Positions 55,749-64,000 of a stretch of 64,000 nucleotides of DNA are shown here, one piece after another; positions within the stretch are counted from its first letter, which is position 1, and each line of letters starts with the position of its first letter. Source of the DNA: Caecitellus pseudoparvulus. Taxonomy: Eukaryota; Protista; Bigyra: Bicosoecida. Where the stretch lies: contig CBFFRQ010000077.1 in NCBI GenBank assembly GCA_965644315.1, forward strand, positions 62,001 to 126,000, in the 5' to 3' direction. The position numbers and the translations under genes are program-made. Under the pieces are notes generated by a model, which was not told the origin of the DNA, made no database searches, and was given only the letters and a program-made list of their open reading frames with translations.

Positions 55749-57396
55749 ATGAGTTCTCGGCGCACGGGGGGTGGCAAGCGCGCTCGGGCTGCGCCTGCTC
55801 CCGCGGCCGGCGCAGGAAGTGGCAGTGAGGGGGAAGCATGGGTGCCGGAGGAAGAAGAGTGGGGCGTGGAGATCCAGCCCCAGCCAAAGGTGGCAAGAAG
55901 GGGCGGAGCTGGTGGAAAGGTGTGGCGCAGTTGCGAGAGGCCTTTACGCACGGCGCCGCGCAGCGTTTGCTGCACGTTTCATTCAAATGCCGCAGGCGAA
56001 ACGCGGGCGCAAGGCAAGCAAGGCCCCAGGCTCAGGCAAGGCGCCCACTGCGCGGAAAGTGACACCAGAAGAAGCACTCGCGCCGGTTGCGGCCCTGCAG
56101 TCCAGCATGCACACTGCCACAGCCCATGGTGCGGGTGACGCCACGTTGCAATCACTCGGCTACTCTGGCGTGCGGGAGGTGGCTGAGACGGGGCCGGTGG
56201 CGGTGCAGCGCCGCATCGAGCACATTGTGGCTGAAGTGGCACGCAGCATCCTAGAGGGGCATGGCTTTGCGTACGCCGTGCCGAATCGCGGCGCGTCGAA
56301 CCAGATGTACATCGCGGAGCTGGATCGCATCGTGCTGCGCGACAAGCTCAGCGTGCGACCCTTCGTCGGCACGTCCACGGTTCGCAAGACCGCCATCATG
56401 ACACGTGTCATGCAGCTGGTGCACGAGGTGTTGTCCAAGAACATCCACACCACCAAGCGTGACCTGTTCTACACCGATGTGAAGCTGTTCAAGAGCCAGG
56501 AGGAATCTAACGCAGTGCTGGATGACGTCGCCTGCATGGCCGGCTGCACCCGCACATCCCTGCACGTAGTGGCCTCCGAGAAGGGCGTCGTGGTGGGCCG
56601 ACTGCAGTTTCGAGGTGCGCCGTGTGCTGGCAGCTGCACCGCACCCCCCCCTTCACACCCCTCCCACCTCCCTTGCACAGAGGACGGGGACTTCATCGAC
56701 TGCAGCCGCATGGGTGTTGGGGGCAAGGCCATCCCCCCATTCATCGACAAAATCACAGAGCTCACATCAGACGCGAAGTTCGTGCTGCTGGTGGAGAAGG
56801 ACGCCGCCTTCATGCGCCTGGCAGAGGACAGGTTCTACAACAAGTACCCCTGCGTCATCATCACGGCCAAGGGTCAGCCCGACGTCGCCACACGCCTGTT
56901 CCTGCGCAAGGTCAAGATGACCCTGGGCATCCCCGTGCTGGGGCTGGTGGATGCCGACCCGTACGGGCTGAAGATCCTCTCCGTGTACATGTCCGGGTCC
57001 AAGGCCATGAGCTACGACTCGGCATCCCTGACGACGCCAGACATCAAGTGGCTGGGCGTGCGCCCCAGCGACCTGGACAAGTACGCCATTCCCGAACAGT
57101 GCCGCCTGCCCATGACGGAGAAGGATATCAAAACGGGCAAGGACCTGCTGAAGGAGGATTTCATCGCCTCCAACCCCGCCTGGCACGCCGAGCTGCAGAC
57201 CATGGTGACTAGCAAGGTGAAAGCGGAAATACGTGCGTGGCGCACCCTGAACCGGAAACAAGCCGCCTCTTGCGTGAATGTTCACCCCCCCCGCTCCCTC
57301 CTTCGCACGCACACAGAGTCCTTATCTTCGTACGGCTTCCAGTACCTGACAGAGGTGTACCTGCCGCAGAAGCTGGCCGACGGGGATTGGATTTAG
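55749..57396 (+). CDS. TOP6A: DNA topoisomerase VI subunit A (SPO11-3 type)
   Basis: [26 protein letters not shown] (catalytic Tyr), Toprim [28 protein letters not shown]. Introns 55920-55995, 56615-56680 and 57233-57316. Confidence 0.93.
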
Positions 57397-57603
57397 CCCA
57401 GACAGGGCAGCCTTGTTTACTTTCGCAAGTCACTGTCCAGAACAACGCAGCGATCTTCACAGCAGCACAGAGCGAGGTGCATCCAAATTGTGCATTCACC
57501 AGCGCCCTGCACAGTGCAGGTTCACAACGGGGAGAGGAAGTAGCACTCACACACACGGCGCACCAATCACGTTCACACACAGTCTCTCCAGCACATGCCC
57601 CCC

Positions 57604-60600
57604 TCACGCGAGCTTGCCCTGCATGGCGCGGTACGCTTCCATCCACAGCTTCAGCGTGTCCACCCACCGCCGCGCCTCGGGGGCCACGGTGGTCTCCAGG
57701 AACAGGGTGCGTTTCTCCGCCTGCACCCACAGGCAGCAGGCCGGGTCGGCGGGTTTGGGCCCGAACACGCCCTTCTTCTCCACCACGTGCTTGGCGCCGG
57801 GGCCAGCGTGCACGTCCAGAATGTGCACGATGTCCAGGGCGCCCTGCCGCGCGTGGGTCTTGGGGTGCAGCCACACAATGGACTTGAAATCGTCACTGGC
57901 CCGCACCACGACGTCCTTGCTACCCTTCCCATCCCACTTCTGCATGGTGTTGCCGGACAGCAGCGCGTGGCGGGCGGCGTCGAAGCGCTTCATGAGCGCC
58001 GCTAGCTTGGCCGCCAGCTCGCTCTCGCTCTCCTCCGCCTTCTCGCTGGACAGGTTGGCGGCTGCGGCGTTGCCGAGAGACTTCAGCGCCTCCATGGTGA
58101 TGAGGGCAGACTCGCACGCCTCCTGCAGTTCCGGCTCCGCCTTGTGCACATCCATGATGGTGCGGACAAGGGCCTCCCCACCCTCGTCCACGACGATGCT
58201 GCAGGCCTCGGTGGAGGTGGACGCCAGCTGGTCCAGGGTGGTGATGGCCTCCAGCAGCAAGTACACGTCATCGGGGTGCTTGCTCACGGCGGCAGTGATG
58301 GAGTCGATGCCGCCGTACTGCACGACGGCCTGGAAGGCTTGTTCGTGCTTGGCCAGCAGCGCCAGCACCTTAAAGGCACGCTCCACAACGCGGGGGTGGT
58401 CCATGTACCGCTCGACAGCCTTGATGATGAGGGGGGTGCCCTCGTCTCCCACCAGCCGCATGAGGTCCTCTGCGAAGCACACGCGCTGCAGCACGCGCAG
58501 GGACTGCTTCACGACAGACCGCGCCATGCCGGTCCACGTTCGCAGGGCGGTGAGGATGACTGGCAGCCCCTGCCGAGCCCGCAGCGCCGCGAGGCCTGCG
58601 TCGTCTTCACAGGTCATGGACAGGATGGCCAGGCTGAAAATGACGGGGTCTTCGGAGGAGGCGAAGGACTCCAGCGCATCCACGACCGCCGCCACGCCGC
58701 CACCGGCCACGAACTTCAAGCAGGCGGCGTCGCACTCCGTGACGCTGATGAGGGCTGACAGGGCCTGCGTCACCACTGACTCATCGTACTCGAAGTCGCG
58801 CAGGGCGTCCAGCAGCGGCTGCACCAGCACCACGCCCTCCGCCATGACTGCCTCCACGACATCTGGGTCGTCCAGGATGCTGGCTAGCGCCTTGCACACT
58901 GCCATGACGACGTCTGGGGCGCTGCCGAACTCCTCCAACAGGTGCATCAGCGCGGCGACGGCGCGTGCCTCAGCCAGGGCCAGGCGCAGTGCCCCTGGCT
59001 GCCACGCGCCGACGTCCATGGAGCCGTCGGGCGGGTCGTCTGACTCGGCGTCTGCGACGTGCAGGAAGCAGGATGCGAGCAGGGGCGCCTGGTCGGCAGA
59101 GGTGTCCTCCATGAAGGCACGCGCCTTGCAGGCAGCTGTGAGGTGCTGCCCACCCCCGCCACAGGCCAGGAACTGCGTCGCGTGCTGCCCCTTGGTGATG
59201 AAGGCCAGCAGCGTCAGCACGTTCTGCACCTGTTCCTCATCAGTCACGCTGGCGTCGGCGGTGAACGCGACCAGTGCCGGGCCCACGTGCACCGCCACGC
59301 CGTACGAGTGCTTGCTAGACACGGCGGCGATGTTGCGCACTGCAGCGAGGAGGGACCGAAGGACGGCGGCATCCCACCGCCACGCCAGCACCGCCCCCCC
59401 CAGCGCCTGCAGCAGGGCGGCGTCCAGGAACTCACCAGGCACGTCTGCGCCTGCCAGTGCTAGCATGGTCAGCACACTGGCGCCAGCCTTCACCACAGAG
59501 GCACAGTGCAGCCACGTGCCGGGCTCCGGCTCCGCACCCCCCTCCACATCCGCAGGGGATACCCCAGCCCACGCATGGGCCGTGAGCATGGCCAGAGCCC
59601 CTGCCCTCACCAGTGGCGCTCGGATGGAGGGCAGGCTGGCCAGGCGGGTGAGCAGGAAGAGCGTGCCGCCCATGCCCTCTTCGCTGCCTATGGCGGCACA
59701 CAGCAGGCCCAGGGTGACGTAACCCACCTGTGCCTGGGTCAGGCAGGTGAAGGTCGCGTCGCCAGCGGCGGCGCTGTCGGCGCCTGCGACCAGCTCTGCC
59801 ATGTTGGCCGAGTCGCGGATGAGGGCGCCGATGGTGCGGGCGATGGGCCCGGTGAGCTCTGGGCACCGGCGGATCTTGGCAGTGGCTGCGAGCAGGGTGG
59901 CCAGTACGCCCGCGTCCACCACCTCCACCTCCCGTCCCATGCTCTCCACTGTGCTGTGCAGGGTGGTCACGCGCTGGGCCAGGTCGCCGTACACGGTAGG
60001 CGCCTCCCACACCGCCTCCCCCGTGGACAGGTCAGTGTAGAAGAACACGCCTTCGTCAGGGGACAGGGTCTTGGTCACGGCGAGGCCCTCGGGTTGCGAC
60101 TCGGGGTCGCGCAAGAGGTCTGCCGGGTCCACGGTCGTGCCTGGCGCCGTCGCGTTGATGGCCTGCACCAGGTCCAGCGCCATGCCTGTCACGACGTTCA
60201 GGGCGTCGGGGTCGAACTTGCCATCCAGAGCCTCCAGTGCCGTCTCAAACATGGCCGCTTCCTCAGCCTCGGCGGCGGTCGCAGTGCGACGTGCCACCAC
60301 CATGGCCTGCATGCCTCGCTCGGACAGGTGCACCTCGTCCATGCTCAGGCCGCGGGAGACGAGGCCGATGATGTCGGCGGCGCGACCTGCGACGGCGTGG
60401 TCGACGCCCACGTCGCTGCGACCACGCCCCCCTCGCCCCGTGCTGTACAGCCCCACCGTGTCCGACAGCGTGGCCATGGCCCAGTCCTGGCCCAGCTCCC
60501 GCAGCACGGCCATGGAGCCCGTCACAGCGAGACTGCGGAGCAGCTTGAGCAAGTGCGTGGCATATGCTTTGTTGTCCATGTTCTGCTCCAGCGCAGCCAC

Positions 60601-63600
60601 CAGCACGTGCACGCCGCCGCCGTTCACAAACGCGTCGGAGGCAGGTGCGGAGAAATAGGTCGGCGGGTCCGCCTCCTCCACGCCAGGTGCCTGGGACACT
60701 GACATGAGCATGCCCACGCACATGTCCAGCATTTGCCCGTCCCCGCCCGGCGACCTGCCGGCGTCGCCCTCACCGCCGCCCGTCGCAGCGGTGGACTCGG
60801 CTGCCACCATGGTCGCAGCCAGGGCCGCCAGGGCACTGGGGCTGCTCGACCAGGCGGGTGGGTCGGCTGATGTGCCGGTGATGGGGCTGTCGCCCTCGCC
60901 GCCCCGCATGGCGGCCTGGGCCGCCGCCACGGCGCCCGCCTCCAGCCCCTGCTGGGCCAGGAGACCGGCCAGGGTGGCCTTGGTGGTGTCGGGGTCGACG
61001 CTGGCGGCGGCCTGCTGCACGCCTCGGCGTGTCGCAAGTGCCGAGCCCCGCCGCCGGTCCGCCGCGCTGGACGCCTTGCCGGACCGGTGCAGGGCGGCGG
61101 AGGAGGAGGCGGCGGCAGCGACGCCTGCGACCTCGCTGCCCAGCACCTTCCACAGCGCCTCGTCGGCAGCCGCGTCGTCGCTGGTCGCAACTGCCGACAC
61201 CAGGCGCTTGAACTGCTCCTGCCCCGCAGGCCCCGCCTGGGCGGTGGCCACCAGCACCTTGCCCAGCGCTTCGCTGGAGCCGGTCGAGCCGCCAGCACTG
61301 CCTCGGCGACCCACTGCCGCGACGTCGTCAGCTGCGACCTGCGCCATGGTCGCCAGGGCCCCCTGTGCCGCATTGGCCTGTCCCTCAGCGCCAGCGCTGC
61401 GGGCAGCTGCCGAGTTGGACAGCTCGTCGGCCAGGGCCACGAGCTGGTCGCAGCCGCCAGCCGACGCGACCGCCGCCACGCCAGCCCCCGTCGCGCCCAG
61501 GGTGCCGAGGCACTCAGCCAGGTGCTCCGCAGTCAGGCGGGCCTGCACAGACAGCATGTGCGCGCCGCTCTCCCGCAGGCGCTGGCAGCCGTCTGTCAAG
61601 GCATCACACACGGGTGTCAGGCAGGGTGGCTGCGCCTTGGCCAGGGCCACACAGGCGCTGGCAGCTGCTCGCACCGCGACGGCGTGGGGTCGCAGCAGCA
61701 GTTCGTCGTCTGGCGAGCCGGAGGTGGACCCCAGGTGCCGCACCAGCTGCACGAGTGCTGCGCGCAGGGCTGCGATGGCGTCCAGCGCTGCCGTGGTGGT
61801 TGCAGGGTCGTCGGTGGACCCCAGCATTCCGTCAATGGCCAGCAGAGCCGACACCTGCTGTACGTGGTCTGCAAGGGCATCGGCGGCGGCGGTGTCGCCC
61901 TCCTCCGCGGTGGCCGCGTCGCCGGTGGCGCCCTCCGTATTACGCAGCAGCTGCTGCACCTGCGACCCCGCCACGCCCAGCGCCGACAGCGCCGCCTTCC
62001 CCGCACCGGCCACAGCTGCATCGCCACCTGAAGCACTCAGCGCAGCCACCACGAAGTCAGACCCTGCACTGGCGCTGGTGCCGTCGCCCAAGGCACCCGT
62101 GCGCGCTGCGTCGGCGACGGCCTCCACGACCGCGGCGGCGGCGGCGGCATCCCCCACCAGGCCCTCCACGCTCCCCGCCTTATCCAGCACCTTGCCCACG
62201 GTGTCCGCCTCCGCCACAGCGGCCGCCGTGGCCTCATCCCCGGCCACAGCGCCTGCGAGGCGGGCCGCCGCGGCGACGATGGCGCGCTGCTGCTCCTGGG
62301 TGCCTGGTGCGTTGCGGCCCGTGTGCACGTCCAGTGCGTTTCGCAGCACCTCCAGCCCCCCACGCTCCACAACAGCGGCGCGCACGGCAGCCGCGTCGCC
62401 CCCATCGCCCCGCCCCGCCACGGCCAGGAAGCGCAACGCACCCAGCACAGCCTCAGGCGTCGCGTCACCAGCTGACTCATCCAGCCACATCACGGCCGCA
62501 GCGGCTTGCTCCGGTCCACACAACGCCTTGGCCGCTGTCGCCAGGCGAGTCACACTGCCCTCGTCCTGCGCTGCCGCTAACGCAGCTGCGGTGCCAGCGG
62601 CACTCGCCCCGGCACTACGTAACGCATCAGCTGCGGCAGCCTCCTGGGCGCTGTCTGACGCGCCGCCACTGCGCTGCGCCGCAACAGCAGATGCGGCAGC
62701 CGATGCCGCTGCAATGTCAGCGGCAGCGTGAAACGCAGCAGCGGCCATGTCCGCATCCACCTCCTCCTCCGTGATGCCGCACAGGAGAGTGGAGAGGCTG
62801 CCGCCACCCTCCTCGCCGCTGCCTGACGCAGCGATGATGCCGGCGGAGGCGGTGGCGGGGTCGGCGACTGCGACCTGCCGCAGCATGGACAGCGCCTCCG
62901 CCTTGCCCTCGGTCGAGCCCTCCCACGCCAGCACTGTCTGCGCAAACCCGACAAGGTCGGCGGCAGGCACCCCCCCCTCCTCCAGGCTGACCCCCCCTCG
63001 CATGAGGTGCGTCAGCGACCGCAGTGAAGCGCCCAGCAGGCCTCGTCGCACCTCCTCGCTCCCAGCGCCGTGGGCGGCGTTTGCGACCTGCATGACTTGC
63101 GACAGGGCGTCGCCGCCGGCACCGGCCGCCAGCTGGCCAGCGAAGGCGCTGGTGGAGGCAAGGTTGCCGACGCTGCGCACAGCGGTGATGAGGTCGTCCA
63201 GGGCCGCGAGGTCGTCACCTGCGACCAGCGTCGCGACGGAGGGGGCCAGCTCCTGCAGCGCCTGCAGACTGGCGGTCAGGTCGTCTTCGGTGACAAGGTG
63301 CCGCAGCAGGTCGCGCAGGGTCGCAGCGAGCACAGGGTCGCTGTCCTCCGCCGCTGACAGCGCCGTCGACACGCCCTCCACGGCGCCTTGCGACTGCAGT
63401 GCCTTGTAGGCCGCCGAGCCGGGCGGCGCGCCCGTCGCGACGACCTTCAAGGCGCGCGCGACGGCGGTGCAGGGCTCCGACATGGTCGCATCTCCCGCGT
63501 GTGCGACCAGGTATGCGACCAGCTGCTTCGTGCCGCCCTTGGACGTGACGGTGCCTGGTCCAGTGGGGGGCGACACGGCCCCCAGCGCGCCCAGGATGCC

Positions 63601-64000
63601 CGCTGCGGCGGTGACGGCCTGGATGCCGTCGGCGTCGGTGCCTGCGACACGCAGCACCGCCACACACGCCTCCACAGCACCCTTGCCCAGCGCCTCTGCC
63701 GCTGTCTCCGGCATGAGGGCCAGCTCTCGCAGGCCGCCCAGGGAGGTGAGGGTGTCGGGCTCCACGGATCGACCAGCGCGCAGGGTGGCGACGAGGCTGC
63801 ACATGATGCTGGTCGCGGTGCGAGCAGTTGCGACCTCGTCCAGGGCCCCCGTCTCCTCGTTCAGCACGCCGTGGCGCGCCAGTGACTTGGCCGTGTCCAG
63901 CAACGCAGCAGAGGCGGCGACACGCATGGAGGCGGCGCCCGCACCGGACCCCTTGGCGTTGGTGGTGAGCAGAGACACCAGGGCCGCGACTGCGCCCCCC
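57604..64000 (-). CDS. Giant ARM-repeat protein with WW-like and C-terminal PH domain; 5' end outside the window
   Basis: More than 2100 aa open. ARM units (GGIDSITAAVSKHPDD, GTPLIIKAVERYMDHPRVV); WW-like FFYTDLSTGEAVWEAP; PH-like LLSGNTMQKW...RTLFLETTVAPEARRWVDTL. Confidence 0.8.
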   Translation of the reverse strand, partial: GGAVAALVSLLTTNAKGSGAGAASMRVAASAALLDTAKSLARHGVLNEETGALDEVATARTATSIMCSLVATLRAGRSVEPDTLTSLGGLRELALMPETAAEALGKGAVEACVAVLRVAGTDADGIQAVTAAAGILGALGAVSPPTGPGTVTSKGGTKQLVAYLVAHAGDATMSEPCTAVARALKVVATGAPPGSAAYKALQSQGAVEGVSTALSAAEDSDPVLAATLRDLLRHLVTEDDLTASLQALQELAPSVATLVAGDDLAALDDLITAVRSVGNLASTSAFAGQLAAGAGGDALSQVMQVANAAHGAGSEEVRRGLLGASLRSLTHLMRGGVSLEEGGVPAADLVGFAQTVLAWEGSTEGKAEALSMLRQVAVADPATASAGIIAASGSGEEGGGSLSTLLCGITEEEVDADMAAAAFHAAADIAAASAAASAVAAQRSGGASDSAQEAAAADALRSAGASAAGTAAALAAAQDEGSVTRLATAAKALCGPEQAAAAVMWLDESAGDATPEAVLGALRFLAVAGRGDGGDAAAVRAAVVERGGLEVLRNALDVHTGRNAPGTQEQQRAIVAAAARLAGAVAGDEATAAAVAEADTVGKVLDKAGSVEGLVGDAAAAAAVVEAVADAARTGALGDGTSASAGSDFVVAALSASGGDAAVAGAGKAALSALGVAGSQVQQLLRNTEGATGDAATAEEGDTAAADALADHVQQVSALLAIDGMLGSTDDPATTTAALDAIAALRAALVQLVRHLGSTSGSPDDELLLRPHAVAVRAAASACVALAKAQPPCLTPVCDALTDGCQRLRESGAHMLSVQARLTAEHLAECLGTLGATGAGVAAVASAGGCDQLVALADELSNSAAARSAGAEGQANAAQGALATMAQVAADDVAAVGRRGSAGGSTGSSEALGKVLVATAQAGPAGQEQFKRLVSAVATSDDAAADEALWKVLGSEVAGVAAAASSSAALHRSGKASSAADRRRGSALATRRGVQQAAASVDPDTTKATLAGLLAQQGLEAGAVAAAQAAMRGGEGDSPITGTSADPPAWSSSPSALAALAATMVAAESTAATGGGEGDAGRSPGGDGQMLDMCVGMLMSVSQAPGVEEADPPTYFSAPASDAFVNGGGVHVLVAALEQNMDNKAYATHLLKLLRSLAVTGSMAVLRELGQDWAMATLSDTVGLYSTGRGGRGRSDVGVDHAVAGRAADIIGLVSRGLSMDEVHLSERGMQAMVVARRTATAAEAEEAAMFETALEALDGKFDPDALNVVTGMALDLVQAINATAPGTTVDPADLLRDPESQPEGLAVTKTLSPDEGVFFYTDLSTGEAVWEAPTVYGDLAQRVTTLHSTVESMGREVEVVDAGVLATLLAATAKIRRCPELTGPIARTIGALIRDSANMAELVAGADSAAAGDATFTCLTQAQVGYVTLGLLCAAIGSEEGMGGTLFLLTRLASLPSIRAPLVRAGALAMLTAHAWAGVSPADVEGGAEPEPGTWLHCASVVKAGASVLTMLALAGADVPGEFLDAALLQALGGAVLAWRWDAAVLRSLLAAVRNIAAVSSKHSYGVAVHVGPALVAFTADASVTDEEQVQNVLTLLAFITKGQHATQFLACGGGGQHLTAACKARAFMEDTSADQAPLLASCFLHVADAESDDPPDGSMDVGAWQPGALRLALAEARAVAALMHLLEEFGSAPDVVMAVCKALASILDDPDVVEAVMAEGVVLVQPLLDALRDFEYDESVVTQALSALISVTECDAACLKFVAGGGVAAVVDALESFASSEDPVIFSLAILSMTCEDDAGLAALRARQGLPVILTALRTWTGMARSVVKQSLRVLQRVCFAEDLMRLVGDEGTPLIIKAVERYMDHPRVVERAFKVLALLAKHEQAFQAVVQYGGIDSITAAVSKHPDDVYLLLEAITTLDQLASTSTEACSIVVDEGGEALVRTIMDVHKAEPELQEACESALITMEALKSLGNAAAANLSSEKAEESESELAAKLAALMKRFDAARHALLSGNTMQKWDGKGSKDVVVRASDDFKSIVWLHPKTHARQGALDIVHILDVHAGPGAKHVVEKKGVFGPKPADPACCLWVQAEKRTLFLETTVAPEARRWVDTLKLWMEAYRAMQGKLA

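Noticed and set aside
57413-62731. Long plus-strand ORFs (769 and 675 aa)
   Set aside because: Ser/Ala/Thr-rich antisense shadows of the ARM-PH gene, as expected at high GC3.
1-64000. Operon-like trafficking cluster (VPS8, DENN-kinesin, snapin, spastin), mobile elements, structural RNAs
   Set aside because: The genes are dispersed among unrelated housekeeping genes in mixed orientation. No transposase, RT, integrase, TIR, LTR, tRNA or rRNA was recognised by eye.

Overview
This is a gene-dense, GC-rich eukaryotic window, with no prokaryotic, phage, CRISPR, rRNA or tRNA signal. It holds about 22 protein-coding genes separated mostly by about 80-500 bp. Most genes carry short GT-AG spliceosomal introns (mostly about 65-110 nt; donors GTGCGT/GTGAG/GTACG; C-rich acceptors ending in CAG). 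The gene content (SPO11-3/TOP6A, MANF-like, GT49, giant GCC2/GCC3-type repeat protein) fits a protist, possibly a stramenopile; this is inference. Genes in order: ANKZF1/Vms1 (partial), VPS8, ACBP, signal-peptide ankyrin protein, SPF45/RBM17, DDX27/DRS1, ER-type LRR-SAM protein, PINK1/NKF-like kinase with ARM repeats, a DENN-PPR-PDZ-Zn-ribbon-kinesin-14 fusion, MANF/ARMET-like, SERBP1-like, GT49 glycosyltransferase, SRP19, coiled-coil protein, spastin-like MIT-AAA, PiT phosphate transporter, giant secreted LRR/Cys-repeat/RCC1-like protein, RPP21-like, WW protein, snapin-like, TOP6A, and a giant ARM-WW-PH protein (partial). The best leads are: (1) a Rab-GEF (DENND4-like) fused in one ORF to a C-terminal kinesin motor; (2) the adjacent PINK1-like kinase with a possible ubiquitin-like segment; (3) a recurring non-coding CAATTTCCGC motif; (4) cytosolic-type domains carrying signal peptides. 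All domain calls come from motif recognition by eye, and intron coordinates are manual predictions.
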